A stretch of 64,000 bases of DNA from Acidimicrobiia bacterium (lineage in GTDB: Bacteria > Actinomycetota > Acidimicrobiia > Spongiisociales > ZC4RG35), in the NCBI GenBank assembly GCA_965203555.1, contig CBDBCY010000004.1, positions 960,001 to 1,024,000 on the forward strand, given 5' to 3'. This document shows positions 54,099 to 64,000 of the stretch, in pieces (position 1 is the first letter of the stretch; each line of letters begins with the position of its first letter). The translations under genes were made by a program, and so were the position numbers. The notes under the pieces are model-generated. The model did not search any database. It saw only the letters and a list, made by a program, of their open reading frames with translations, and had not been told where the DNA came from.

Positions 54099-55661
54099 CT
54101 AGAAGCTTCCCAGTTCTCCGAGTCGGATCCGGTCGACAGCCATGATCAACAGGGTCACCATGGCGGCCAACACCACAGCCATCGCCATGGCGCCGGTGTA
54201 ACTGACCGCACCCGGACGTCCCAGCAATCGGAAGATCAAGGCCGGAACAGTGATGGTGTCGGGGCGGGCTATGAAAGCCGTGGCCCCGAACTCGCCCAGC
54301 GACACGGCCGCGGCAAAACCCGCTCCCACCGCCGTGGCCCGGGCCGCGATGGGCAGATCGATCTCCCGGAAGACCCTCCAGGGAGACGCCCCGAGCACCG
54401 AAGCCGCCTCCCGCAGACCGGTTTTCACCGAACGCAGCATGGGAGTGACCGTGCGAACCACAAACGGTGTGGCCACCAAGGCGTGAGCAAGGGGCACCAG
54501 CACCACCGTAGCTCGCAGATCGACCGGCCAGTCCAAGGCCACCAGCATCCCGAACCCCACCGTCACCGCCGAGGCGCCCAACGGCAGCATCAGGACCACA
54601 TCGAACCAGCGGGCCGCCCGACCCCTGCCGGAGACAATCACGGTGGATGCGCACAATCCCACCGTCACCGCGACCAGTGCGGTGGCCAGTGCGTACAGCA
54701 GGGAATTGATCATCGCCCGGCCCGGCGTGACCGCCAGCGGCCCCGGATCCGCCAGAAAGCGCCATCCTGCCCCGCCGGAGCGCAACGATCTGGCCACCAG
54801 CATCACCAGGGGAACCGACAGAGCCGCAAGGGTCCCACCTACCGCCACTCCCAACGCCAGTCGTTGCCCGAGAGTGCCCGGACGTTGCAGATTGCGATCC
54901 TCCGCCGCCAACTCCAGGCCCACCGACTGGCGCTCTTGATAACGGGAATACCAGGCCAGGACCGCGGTCACTCCCACCAACTGCAGGATGGCCAGGGCGG
55001 CAGCGACCGGGAGATTCAAGAACACTACGGTCTGCTGCCAGATTTCCACTTCCAGGGTCCGGTAACGGAGCCCTCCGAGAATGAGCACCACCCCGAAGGA
55101 GGTGAAGGTGAACAAAAAGACGATCGCGGAAGAGGCGGCCAGGGCAGGGCGAAGGAGAGGGAGGGTCAGACGCCAGAAGACCTGCCGGGGGTTGGCGCCC
55201 AGGGTCCGGGCCGCGTCGAACAGGGACCGGTCGATCCGGGCCCACACACCTCCCACCGTTCGCACCACAACCGCCACGTTGTAGAAGACGTGGGCGGCGA
55301 GGATGGCCCACACGCTTCCTCCTATTCCCAGCGAGAGAAAAGCCGACGCCACCACCACCGTGGGCAACACGAAGGGGGCCGTAACCAGGGCCTTGGCCAG
55401 AGCGCGGCCGGGGAACCTGAACCTCGACACGGCCCAGGTAATGGGAGCGGCCGCCACCAAGGTCAAAGCCACCGAGGCAGCGGACTGCCACACCGAAAAC
55501 CACAGTGCCTTTCGCAGACCCGGATTGGCCAGCACTTCCCCGAAGGCGCCCCAGGAGCCTTCCGCTCCCAGGGACAGTCCCAGGATGCGGGCCAGGGGAT
55601 AGAGGAACAGATAACCCAGGAAGGCCACCGCCACCCCGGCGGCAACCCAACGGTAGGTCAC
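54099..55661 (-). CDS. thiP: Thiamine ABC transporter permease
   Basis: Duplicated permease with PFVLPTVVV, AHVFYN, AARTLGA and EAASVLGA, SLGEFGAT; follows thiB. Confidence 0.88.
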   Translation of the reverse strand: MTYRWVAAGVAVAFLGYLFLYPLARILGLSLGAEGSWGAFGEVLANPGLRKALWFSVWQSAASVALTLVAAAPITWAVSRFRFPGRALAKALVTAPFVLPTVVVASAFLSLGIGGSVWAILAAHVFYNVAVVVRTVGGVWARIDRSLFDAARTLGANPRQVFWRLTLPLLRPALAASSAIVFLFTFTSFGVVLILGGLRYRTLEVEIWQQTVVFLNLPVAAALAILQLVGVTAVLAWYSRYQERQSVGLELAAEDRNLQRPGTLGQRLALGVAVGGTLAALSVPLVMLVARSLRSGGAGWRFLADPGPLAVTPGRAMINSLLYALATALVAVTVGLCASTVIVSGRGRAARWFDVVLMLPLGASAVTVGFGMLVALDWPVDLRATVVLVPLAHALVATPFVVRTVTPMLRSVKTGLREAASVLGASPWRVFREIDLPIAARATAVGAGFAAAVSLGEFGATAFIARPDTITVPALIFRLLGRPGAVSYTGAMAMAVVLAAMVTLLIMAVDRIRLGELGSF

Positions 55662-55716
55662 CGTCCCCCTGTGGACTCGACCCGCATCCGTTCAGTGATT
55701 TGCCAGGGTAACCCGG

Positions 55717-56841
55717 TTACCCCAGCACCAACTCGGTCCACTCCTGGATCCACCGTTCGCGGTTGGCGTCAATCAGAGCCGGATCGACCGATGCCGGTTG
55801 CTCGGGAAGAGCGGTGTGCTCAACGAATTCGGGAGGAAGCGAGGCTTCGGTATTGGCCGGGAAAACGAACCAGGTGAGAGGGATCTGCTCCTGGAACTGC
55901 ACTGACAGCATGTAGTCGATCAAATCGCCGGCAGCCTCCGGAAACTCGGTCCCGTCCAGGATCCCGGCAAACTCGATCTGTCGATAGCACCCGTGCGTTA
56001 CCACCCCGGTGGGCGCCACATCAGTCGGGGGATCGGAGTAGATCACCTCGGCGGGCGGCGAAGAGGCATAGGAGACAACCAGCGGACGGTCTCCTCCCCA
56101 CCGGGTGAACGAGGAGTAATAGGCGGTGTCCCAGTCCGGGACCACCTCCACGTCGTTGTCCACCAGGGCTTGCCAGTAGTCCTTCCAGCCGTCTTCCCCG
56201 AACACTGCGATGGTGGTTAGCAGGAAGGCCAGCCCGGGGGAAGAGGTGGCCGGGCTCTCCACCACCAACTTACCCCGGTAGGGCTCGGTGATCAGGTCCT
56301 CGAGGTTGCGAGGAGCTTCGGCGTCGGCCATCACCTCGCGGTCGTAGTTGAGGCACACGTCGCCGAAGTCGATGGGAGTCACCCGGTTCTCGGGGTCAAG
56401 TCGGATGTTCTCGGGGGTCTTGTCCAGCAGGGAGGAACGGTGTGAACGGAACACGTCGGCGTCCAGCGCCCTCGACAGGAAGGTGTCATCCACGCCGAAC
56501 AAGACATCGGCCAAGGGATTGTCCCTGGTCAGAATGGCCTGGTTGACCAGCGAACCGGTATCTCCCGCCGGCAGGACCTCCACCGCGATGCCGGTTTCGG
56601 CGGTAAACGGCGCGAAGGTTTCCTCGCTCACGCCCCCGGCGAAGGAATCGTGGCTGATAATGGTAAGAGTTTCGGGTACGGTTTCAGGCGCCGCCGTCGT
56701 GGTTGGGGCCGCCGTCGTAGTTGGGGCCGCCGTCGTGGTTGGCGCCGCGGTTGTATCGGTGGAGTCGCCCGCCTCATCGGCACCGCATGCTGCTAGCACC
56801 AGCGCCAGAATGCTCATCCCCACCACCAGTTTTCTACTCAT
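55717..56841 (-). CDS. thiB: Thiamine ABC transporter substrate-binding lipoprotein
   Basis: Lipobox LAAC, HDSF, DVLFGVDD, PATSSPGLAFL, WDTAYY, SYASSPP, CYRQIEFAG; TPP riboswitch upstream. Confidence 0.92.
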   Translation of the reverse strand: MSRKLVVGMSILALVLAACGADEAGDSTDTTAAPTTTAAPTTTAAPTTTAAPETVPETLTIISHDSFAGGVSEETFAPFTAETGIAVEVLPAGDTGSLVNQAILTRDNPLADVLFGVDDTFLSRALDADVFRSHRSSLLDKTPENIRLDPENRVTPIDFGDVCLNYDREVMADAEAPRNLEDLITEPYRGKLVVESPATSSPGLAFLLTTIAVFGEDGWKDYWQALVDNDVEVVPDWDTAYYSSFTRWGGDRPLVVSYASSPPAEVIYSDPPTDVAPTGVVTHGCYRQIEFAGILDGTEFPEAAGDLIDYMLSVQFQEQIPLTWFVFPANTEASLPPEFVEHTALPEQPASVDPALIDANRERWIQEWTELVLG

Positions 56842-56897
56842 TGCCTGGCTCCTTTTCTTTCTGAGAGGAGCCCGAGAAACTGGAGACTTGTTCAACG

Positions 56898-56992
56898 AAA
56901 GCTTCCTTCGCCGGCATTATCCGGATCAGGTGCTAACGGTCGGAGGAGCCCATCCTCCCTCTCAGCCCGGTCTCGCCGAGCTCCCGTGTTTG
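56898..56992 (-). promoter_or_regulatory. TPP riboswitch (THI element)
   Basis: Minus strand ACGGGAGCTC...GGGCTGAGAG...GACCGTTAGCACCTGATCCGGATAATGCCGGCGAAGGAAG matches the TPP consensus; directly upstream of thiB. Confidence 0.95.
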
Positions 56993-56999
56993 CTTGACT

Positions 57000-57671
57000 T
57001 CAATGATAGTGGTCGAAAAGGCGGGGTGCTCCCGAATCAGGGTCTCTCAGTAACTGGTAATCCACCTCCCGCACACCCAGCATGCGGGATTCGGCCAGCA
57101 CCCTCGCCTGGGGTGTGACGGCCGTGGCAACCAGTATCCCCCGCACCGGGGTGAGTCTCGGGTCGAGGGCCAGCTGGGTCACGTACCGGGTCAACTGCTC
57201 CACCCCCGATATTTCCCCTCGCCTTTTGACCTCCACTGCCACTGTTCCTCCCTCCGGGTCGGTGCAAAGCAGGTCGATGGGTCCGATGGCAGTGGGATAC
57301 TCCCGGCGAATGAGTTTCAAACCCGGCCCGATCACCTCCGGATTGTCAGCCAGCAACTCCTGCAGATGAATCTCCACCCCGTCTTTCTCCAGACCCGGAT
57401 CGATGCCCAACTCGTGGGAGATGTCCGACAACACCTCGTGGAGGGTGATCTCCAAACTCTCCCCCTTGGGATTGGTGACCAGCCACAGGTCCTCGCCCTC
57501 TTCCAACGTGTTGGGCGCCGACATCCAGTTGAGGGGCTTGTAGGCGCCTCCGTCGGCGTGTACCGCCACACAGCCGTCGGCCTTGATCATTATCAGACGC
57601 CGGGAGCGAGGAAGATGGGCGTCCACCCGGCCTTGATAGTTGACCGTGCATTCTGCGATCACCAGCCTCAT
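57000..57671 (-). CDS. nucS: Mismatch-specific endonuclease NucS/EndoMS
   Basis: [61 protein letters not shown]. Confidence 0.95.
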   Translation of the reverse strand: MRLVIAECTVNYQGRVDAHLPRSRRLIMIKADGCVAVHADGGAYKPLNWMSAPNTLEEGEDLWLVTNPKGESLEITLHEVLSDISHELGIDPGLEKDGVEIHLQELLADNPEVIGPGLKLIRREYPTAIGPIDLLCTDPEGGTVAVEVKRRGEISGVEQLTRYVTQLALDPRLTPVRGILVATAVTPQARVLAESRMLGVREVDYQLLRDPDSGAPRLFDHYH

Positions 57672-59035
57672 GGCTGGACGGAACCCGCCCCCAGGATTCG
57701 CAGAGCAACCGCCTCGGCGACGGTCGCCCTCTCCAGTTCCCCCAGGTCCAGGCTCTCGTTGGGAGCGTGAATGGCCGAGCCGGGATCTCCCATCCCGGCC
57801 AACAGAAGGGGCGCGTCCGGAAACACTGTTGCAAAAGACGCCAGGAAGGGAATGGTCCCGCCCTCCCCTTTGTCCACCGGGGCAACCCCCCATGCCGCCT
57901 CCAAACCCCGGCGCCAGGCATCGATGGCGGGGTGGGAGGGGACCTGTTGGAAGCCCTCCGCTTCCTCGACGAAGTCCACCTTCAGCTGGGCTCCCCACGG
58001 CAGGTTCTCCCTCAGGTGATCCGAGAGGGCCTGTCGAGCCGATTCCGGGTCCTGTCCCGGGGCGGTCCGCAAGCTCACTTTTGCCCTGGCCACGGGCACC
58101 AGCAGGTTGATCGCCTCCGAGATTGCAGGGGCGTCCACCGCCAGCACCGAGATCGCAGGTTTGGTCCACAGCCGGGATGCCGCCGAACCGGTGCCGATGG
58201 TCTCCAAGCCGGCGACGGCTCCCAGGTTCTCGGCCAGGCCTTCCACGGACATCTCCAGATCGGTCACGTCCTTTCGGACCAGACCCCTCACCGCCACATC
58301 GCCTGCATCGTCATGAAGGGTCGAGAGCAGGCGGACCAGGGTGGTTATGGCATCGGGGAACAACCCGCCGAAGACACCGGAATGTCCCCCGAGTTGGGCG
58401 GTCCGGACTTCCACGGTGCACCCCACCAGCCCACGCAGGGAGGTGGTGATGGCCGGAACCCCCACCGCCCAGTTGCTGGCGTCGGCTATCACCACCGCAT
58501 CACAGGCCAGCAACTCCGTGTACCGCTCCAGGAAGGCTTCCAGGTTGGGCGAGCCAATCTCCTCCTCACCCTCCAGGAACACCTTCATTCCCACGGGCGG
58601 CGACCCTCCAAACGCCTTGGCGGCCCCCAGATGCGCGATCACCCCGCACTTGTCATCGGCTGCCCCCCGGCCGTACATGCGACCCTTCTTCACCACCGCC
58701 TCGAAGGGCTCGGTCTCCCACACCTCAAGATCACCGACCGGCTGGACGTCGTAGTGGGCGTAGAGAAGGACGGTGGGGGCGCCCTCGGGGCCGGGCAGGT
58801 GGCCGTACACCGCCGGGTGTGCCCCTTCGACCTCCAACAACCGGACGTCCCGGTACCCCGCTTCCTCCAGGAGGCGGGCGCATGACTCCCCCGTCCGTCT
58901 CACCTCCCCAGCATGGGATGCGGAGGCGCTGATCGAGGGAATGGCCACCAGTTCAGCCAGATCCTCGACCAGATAGGGAAAGAAAGACGCCACGCCGTCC
59001 CGCAGGTCTTGGTGGGGGGAGGGACTCTGGTTCAT
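57668..59035 (-). CDS. M20 family dipeptidase
   Basis: [44 protein letters not shown]. Confidence 0.93.
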   Translation of the reverse strand: MNQSPSPHQDLRDGVASFFPYLVEDLAELVAIPSISASASHAGEVRRTGESCARLLEEAGYRDVRLLEVEGAHPAVYGHLPGPEGAPTVLLYAHYDVQPVGDLEVWETEPFEAVVKKGRMYGRGAADDKCGVIAHLGAAKAFGGSPPVGMKVFLEGEEEIGSPNLEAFLERYTELLACDAVVIADASNWAVGVPAITTSLRGLVGCTVEVRTAQLGGHSGVFGGLFPDAITTLVRLLSTLHDDAGDVAVRGLVRKDVTDLEMSVEGLAENLGAVAGLETIGTGSAASRLWTKPAISVLAVDAPAISEAINLLVPVARAKVSLRTAPGQDPESARQALSDHLRENLPWGAQLKVDFVEEAEGFQQVPSHPAIDAWRRGLEAAWGVAPVDKGEGGTIPFLASFATVFPDAPLLLAGMGDPGSAIHAPNESLDLGELERATVAEAVALRILGAGSVQP

Positions 59036-59250
59036 CGACTGTCCACCCCGATGATTGCCGCCGATGGGGAGTGGACCCGCCTGATCGTCGAGCATTTCCT
59101 CCTCACACCCCTCCAGTTTCTCTCTCGAGCCAACCCCCCGGTTCCTAATCGAGCCGCCCGAGCAACGCTTTCCACAACCGGCAAGGTTACCAATGGTCCG
59201 TCAAAGGGGTTGGGTTAGCCTTCGGCGCACCGCCAACATTAAAGAACATT

Positions 59251-59994
59251 GTGACCGTCACGCTCTTCGGGATCCCCCTTCGGGTAAAGCTTTCTTTCCT
59301 GTTGGTGATCTGTCTGTTGGGTATGCCGCTGGTCCGCGGAGTCTCCACCGATCCCCTTGCCCTCGTGGGACGGTTGGTTATCTGGCTGGTGGTGGTTGGG
59401 TTCTCCGTAATAGTCCACGAGTTGGGACACGCGCTGTTGGCCCGCCGATACGGAGCGACGGTGAGCATGGAACTGTGGGCAATGGGCGGCCTGACCTCCT
59501 GGCGTCCCGGCCCCAGGCCGATCACCCCGGCCAGACGGGCAGCCATCGCCGCGGCCGGTTCGGCGTTTGGATTCCTGGTGGGAGGGGCGGCCTTCCCGCT
59601 GTGGAGGCTGGTCGGACCGGATCCCGGCCTTCTCTCTCTGACCCTGGGGTGGCTGGTGTGGGTCAACCTGGGATGGGGACTGATCAACTGGTTGCCCATC
59701 CGGCTTTTGGACGGGGGTCACATATTCAGAGGCGCCATAGAAGTGTTATGGCCTCAAAAGTCCGAAGCAATAGCCAACTACTTCTTCCTCTGCACCTCGG
59801 CGGCCGCCGCCCTGATCGCTTACCACCAAGGTTTCCCCATAGCCGCTCTGTTCGCGGCCGTCATGTTCTTCATGGAAGTCCGACGGCTGCTGCCTGCCAA
59901 TCAGAAGACCAGACGCCCCGCCCCACCACCCCCCGCCGAGAACTTTCTGCTCCCCCCTCCTCCCCCCTCCTCCGACCGGGACATGGACAGGTAG
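59251..59994 (+). CDS. Site-2 protease / M50 family zinc metalloprotease
   Basis: HELGH, IAAAG, NWLPIRLLDGG, multiple TM segments. Confidence 0.88.
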   Translation: MTVTLFGIPLRVKLSFLLVICLLGMPLVRGVSTDPLALVGRLVIWLVVVGFSVIVHELGHALLARRYGATVSMELWAMGGLTSWRPGPRPITPARRAAIAAAGSAFGFLVGGAAFPLWRLVGPDPGLLSLTLGWLVWVNLGWGLINWLPIRLLDGGHIFRGAIEVLWPQKSEAIANYFFLCTSAAAALIAYHQGFPIAALFAAVMFFMEVRRLLPANQKTRRPAPPPPAENFLLPPPPPSSDRDMDR

Positions 59995-60235
59995 ATTCGC
60001 AAGGACTGGGCGGGGGTGAGAACTACCCGGGGTAATGGCCGCACAGGCGTGAATGACATCCACAGTGCCTGTGGATCCACCGGGGCCCGCCTTCCCGCCC
60101 GTTCGGCGATTCGGTGTTACCCCGATGACGCCTGCTGCGACAAACTACAAAACCGCCCGCATGGCAGGACAAGCTATAAGATTCTGAACAGCAGTTCAAA
60201 CCTGGATTGCCCATCGGGAGAAAGGATGCGGTGAG

Positions 60236-60892
60236 ATGGAGAGTTTTGTGAATGGAGTGTCAAGCGGCATCCAGGAGGCATGGCAGGATGTGATCACGTT
60301 CGTGCCGAAGTTCGTAGGGGCGTTGGTAATCCTATTTGTCGGATGGCTGGTGGCGCGACTGGTCTACCGGGCCGCCACCCGCTTGCTGGAAGGTGTAGGG
60401 CTTGACCGGTTGTTGGAGAGAGCTGGCCTCGGGGAGAGGATCAAAGCCGCCCAAATCACTGCCGCCGACCTGGTGGCTCGGGCGATCTATTGGTTCCTGC
60501 TGCTGGTGGTCCTGCTGCTCGCCGCCCAAACCCTGGAAGTGCGGCATCTGAGTGATCTGCTGAGCGAACTGATTTCCTACCTGCCCTTGGTGGTGGTGGC
60601 AATCATCATCGTGATCGTTGCATCAGCAGTCGGCGCCTTCCTGGCTGAGGTTGCAACGCCCTGGTCGCGCGATCACAGCATCAGGTGGCTGCCGGAAGTG
60701 GCCCGATGGATGGTGATCGGATTCGGCGCCCTGGCGGCTCTCAACACCTTGAATATCGCCGAGGAAATCGTCAACACCCTGTTCATCGCAGTGGTGGGCA
60801 CCATAGGAGTCAGCCTCGCCATAGCCTTTGGGGTGGGCGGCATCCCGGTTGCGAGGAAGTGGTGGGAGAAGATTCTGCCCGACCGGGACTGA
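60236..60892 (+). CDS. Membrane protein, CmpX / mechanosensitive-channel TM-helix family
   Basis: FVPKFVGALVILFVGW and YLPLVVVAIII repeated TM-helix motif, AIAFGVGG. Confidence 0.8.
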   Translation: MESFVNGVSSGIQEAWQDVITFVPKFVGALVILFVGWLVARLVYRAATRLLEGVGLDRLLERAGLGERIKAAQITAADLVARAIYWFLLLVVLLLAAQTLEVRHLSDLLSELISYLPLVVVAIIIVIVASAVGAFLAEVATPWSRDHSIRWLPEVARWMVIGFGALAALNTLNIAEEIVNTLFIAVVGTIGVSLAIAFGVGGIPVARKWWEKILPDRD

Positions 60893-61120
60893 TATCGCCT
60901 TGTTCTTCCTCTTTCGGAGAACTCGACCAGAGGTCAGGCCGGTCGTCGGGCAGATCGCCGAGGGGCGTGCCGGTTGGGCTTGTCTTCGCGGTGACATGAC
61001 TTGGTTCTCATAGTGGCAGACCAGCCTCAATACTCGCACTTTCCCTCCTGGCCACCTACTGCAAAGCCGTTGCTCTCTGAGAGTTGGATCTAACAGCACT
61101 CCCGATAATGTATCACAGAT

Positions 61121-62359
61121 ATGGATTTCTCTTACACCCCCAAAGTCGAAGCCCTTCGTAAGCAGCTGCGGACATTTGTCGAGGAGCGGGTCATCCCCTC
61201 CGAGCATGTCTACGAGCAACAGATCAGAGACTCCGGAGATCCCCACCACCACCCGCAGATCATAGAGAACCTCAAGGCAGAAGCCCGCGCGCAGGGCCTG
61301 TGGAATCTGTTCCTGCCTGACCCCGAACATGGCGCCGGTCTGTCGGTCTCCGAATACGCCCCCCTGGCGGAGATCACCGGTCACAGCCCCGAAATCGCAC
61401 CCGAAGCGGTCAACTGCTCGGCGCCCGACACCGGCAACATGGAAATACTCCACATGTTCGGCACGCCCTATCAACAGGAACGCTGGCTACATCCCTTATT
61501 GGAAGGCAAAATCCGTTCGGTTATATCTATGACCGAACCGGATGTCGCTTCAAGCGACCCCCGCAACATCCGCACTCGTATACAGCGGGATGGAGCTCAC
61601 TATGTGATAAGAGGGCGAAAGTGGTTTTCCTCGGGAGGGGCGTCTTCTCGGGCCAAGGTGGCCATAGTGATGGGAGTTACCAACCCCGACGCCGATCCTT
61701 ACCGGCGCCAGAGCATGATACTGGTACCCCTGGACATTCGGGGGGTCAACCTCGAGCACACACCCACTGTGTTCGGCTACCAGCATCGAGGCGGACACGC
61801 CACCATCCACTTTGACCGGGTCAGGGTGCCCGTCGAGAACCTTCTGGGTACCGAAGGGTCGGGTTTTGCCATCGCCCAGGCTCGGTTGGGCCCCGGTCGG
61901 ATCCACCATTGCATGCGGGCCATCGGGGCTGCTGAGAGATGCTTTGCCATGATGGTGAGCCGCGCCAAGGCGCGGACCGCCTTCCGTAAGACCGTGGCCG
62001 AACAGGGGGTGGTTCGGGAATGGATCGCCGAGTCGCGAATCAAGATCGAACAGGCCAGGCTGCTGGTGCTCAAGACAGCCTGGTTGATCGACAAGGTCGG
62101 CGTGCGTTCAGCGCGGGTGGAAATCTCGGCCATCAAAGTGGTCGTGCCCGAGATGCTTTGCTACGTCGCCGATCGGGCCATCCAGGTGTTCGGGGCGGCC
62201 GGATTCACCGACGACTTCCCTCTGGCCTCTTTCTACACGTTGGGTCGTTGGCTGCAGATGGCGGACGGACCCGACGAAGTGCACCGCCGAGCGGTGGCCA
62301 GGGCCGAGATAGGGCGTTTCAAACCCGGGTTCGTACCCGAACCCTACGTCTGGGATTGA
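61121..62359 (+). CDS. Acyl-CoA dehydrogenase family protein
   Basis: GLWNLFLP, NCSAPDTGNME, MTEPDVASSD, GRKWF, AQARLGPGRIHHCMR, DGPDEVH. Confidence 0.94.
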   Translation: MDFSYTPKVEALRKQLRTFVEERVIPSEHVYEQQIRDSGDPHHHPQIIENLKAEARAQGLWNLFLPDPEHGAGLSVSEYAPLAEITGHSPEIAPEAVNCSAPDTGNMEILHMFGTPYQQERWLHPLLEGKIRSVISMTEPDVASSDPRNIRTRIQRDGAHYVIRGRKWFSSGGASSRAKVAIVMGVTNPDADPYRRQSMILVPLDIRGVNLEHTPTVFGYQHRGGHATIHFDRVRVPVENLLGTEGSGFAIAQARLGPGRIHHCMRAIGAAERCFAMMVSRAKARTAFRKTVAEQGVVREWIAESRIKIEQARLLVLKTAWLIDKVGVRSARVEISAIKVVVPEMLCYVADRAIQVFGAAGFTDDFPLASFYTLGRWLQMADGPDEVHRRAVARAEIGRFKPGFVPEPYVWD

Positions 62360-62377
62360 GCGGGGAGGAATAAGGCG

Positions 62378-62953
62378 ATGAAGTTCGGCGTCACTTTCGA
62401 CTATCTCTGTCCCTTTGCGTGGAACGCTCACGAGGCTGTGTTGGCCGGTCTGGCGGAGGGCCGGCCCTGGAAGGTGGACTTTCTGGCTTTTTCCCTCGCC
62501 CAGGCTCATACCTCCGAGGATGATCCGGCGGTGTGGTTCAACCCGGAAGGGCAATCCGGCCTGGACGCTCTCCAATGGGGGGTGGCGGTTCGCGACCACT
62601 GGCCGGAGCGGTTCGGCAAGGCCCACTTGGCTTTGTTCGCGGCCCGCCACGAACACGGCCTCGATCTGAAGGACACCCAGGTGCTGGCGGACGCCGTATC
62701 GGGAGCGGGCTGCGACCCGGACGGGGTGGCGAGAGTGGTCTCCACCGGGGAACCGCTGTGCAAGATCGCCGGAGAACACATGATGGTGGTGGATCGGTGG
62801 ATGGCATTCGGCGTGCCTACCTTCATCACCGACGAACAGGCCGTTTTCATCCGGTTCATGGAGCGAGGCCGACTGGATGATCTGGATCGCGCCCTGGAAC
62901 TACTCTCTTGGAACCGCCTCAACGAGTACAAGCACACCACCATTCCGCGCTGA
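62378..62953 (+). CDS. DsbA-like thioredoxin-fold protein
   Basis: FDYLCPFAW, FGVPTF. Confidence 0.8.
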   Translation: MKFGVTFDYLCPFAWNAHEAVLAGLAEGRPWKVDFLAFSLAQAHTSEDDPAVWFNPEGQSGLDALQWGVAVRDHWPERFGKAHLALFAARHEHGLDLKDTQVLADAVSGAGCDPDGVARVVSTGEPLCKIAGEHMMVVDRWMAFGVPTFITDEQAVFIRFMERGRLDDLDRALELLSWNRLNEYKHTTIPR

Positions 62954-63022
62954 AGCCCGTTCCGTCCACCGTTTCAGACAATGCGACCCTCCAAGAGGGG
63001 TGTGGATCAGACCGCCGCGTCC

Positions 63023-63811
63023 CTAGAGACCGGATTCGCCTGCTGCGTCGTGTGCGTCCACCCCTACGATCAGGGTGACCAGCCGGTCCATGGAGATGTC
63101 CTCGGTCAGTTCCGCCACCTTCTGACCGTGTCGCAGGACCACTACCCGGTCGGCCAACTCCATCACGTGGGGCAGGATGTGGCTGATCAACACCACCGCC
63201 ACCCCGCTACCGGCAATCTGGCGGGCAAGGCGCAGCACTCTTGAGGATTCCCTGACCCCGAGGGCGGCGGTGGGCTCGTCCATGAACATGGCCGTCTTGG
63301 CCCAGAACGCACCCCGTGCCACCGCCACCGACTGCTGCTGCCCACCTGACATCTCCCCGATGGACACGCCCGTGGACCGGGGAATATTGACGCCCAGGGC
63401 ATCTATCTGGGTGAGCGCACGGGCTTCCATCTCCCCCCTATCAAGCATGCCGATCTTCCCGGCCAGTCCCTTCCTCAGAACCTCTCTTCCCAGGAAAAGG
63501 TTGGTGACCACATCCCGATCCGGCGCCAGCGCCAAGTCCTGGAAAATGGTCTCTATGCCCAGATCCCGGGCGTCGGCCGGGGTCTTGAGCACCACCCTTT
63601 CACCGTTGACTCGGACCTCGCCCCCATCCGGGATCACAGCCCCCGCCAGGATCTTGATCAGGGTTGACTTACCGGCCCCGTTGTCACCCACCAGCGCCGT
63701 TATCTCCCCGGCGCGGATCTCGATGTCCACATTGTCGAGCGCGATGATCGGCCCGTAGGACTTGCTGAGGCCCCTTCCTTCAATTACCACTCGGCCTTTT
63801 TCAACCGACAT
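63023..63811 (-). CDS. Sugar ABC transporter ATP-binding protein
   Basis: GDNGAGKST, FQDLAL, MSGGQQQSVAVAR, MDEPTAALG, ISH. Confidence 0.93.
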   Translation of the reverse strand: MSVEKGRVVIEGRGLSKSYGPIIALDNVDIEIRAGEITALVGDNGAGKSTLIKILAGAVIPDGGEVRVNGERVVLKTPADARDLGIETIFQDLALAPDRDVVTNLFLGREVLRKGLAGKIGMLDRGEMEARALTQIDALGVNIPRSTGVSIGEMSGGQQQSVAVARGAFWAKTAMFMDEPTAALGVRESSRVLRLARQIAGSGVAVVLISHILPHVMELADRVVVLRHGQKVAELTEDISMDRLVTLIVGVDAHDAAGESGL

Positions 63812-64000
63812 CAGGCTTCCTCCGTTCCCGCTCGAAGTCCGCGGAAGACGCCCCTTCCTCCCAGCGTCCGTCCGGACAGTTGATCGGTGGCCACCGCCCC
63901 GACCAGCAGTAGGCCTCTCGAAATGTCCTGGTACGGCACCGGCAGTCCGACCAGGTTGAGGGAGTTGGCAATGACGCCCAACAGCACCACTCCCAGAATC
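63811..64000 (-). CDS. Sugar ABC transporter permease, 3' end (partial)
   Basis: Manual translation gives ILGVVLLGVIANSLNLVGLPVPYQDISRGLLLVGAVATD...*; TGATG coupling to the ATPase. Confidence 0.85.
   Translation of the reverse strand, partial: ILGVVLLGVIANSLNLVGLPVPYQDISRGLLLVGAVATDQLSGRTLGGRGVFRGLRAGTEEA

Noticed and set aside
61040-61065. CACTTTCCCTCCTGGCCA as an IS end
   Set aside because: Single short match, with no partner repeat or transposase.
1-64000. tRNA, rRNA, integrase, reverse transcriptase or phage structural genes
   Set aside because: None recognisable by eye in the ORF track or the intergenic regions.

Overview
High-GC bacterial chromosomal window. It is probably Actinomycetota, Acidimicrobiia-like; this is inferred from nucS, leaderless-type starts and TTAAP-linker lipoproteins. 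From left to right: (1) 1-7.3 kb is a minus-strand peptide-type ABC uptake and catabolism cluster (double ATPase, PTE/PHP-family hydrolase, threonine-aldolase family, CocE/NonD hydrolase, family-5 binding protein). (2) 7.3-11.7 kb is a decayed accessory patch (IS remnant, broken AbiE-like TA pair, second PTE paralog, CitE-like lyase, Phd-VapC). (3) 11.8-36.3 kb is a ~24.5 kb co-oriented catabolic cluster (Liv-type ABC, RidA, EthD, IclR, two hydantoinase/oxoprolinase A+B pairs, two class-III aminotransferases, CoA-transferase, 2-oxoacid dehydrogenase E1a/E1b/E2, two SDRs, M24 hydrolase). (4) A two-gene cassette bracketed by a perfect 43-bp duplication of an aminotransferase 3' end, followed by msrA. 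(5) An osmo/ion module in which a ProX betaine-binding domain is fused to a complete GluR0-type ligand-gated K+ channel, divergent from a BCCT transporter and an orphan ProX lipoprotein. (6) A strand-skewed insert with a long structured leader carrying yybP-ykoY-like motifs, ahead of an 804-aa secreted repeat protein that ends in a very long mirror-symmetric beta-hairpin. (7) Housekeeping genes: purB, ycaQ-like, purA, YceI, TPP riboswitch-thiBP, nucS, M20 and M50 peptidases, acyl-CoA dehydrogenase, DsbA-like, sugar ABC. The best novelty candidates are the ProX-iGluR channel module and the structured-leader/beta-hairpin protein locus. All calls come from motif recognition by eye; no database search was run.
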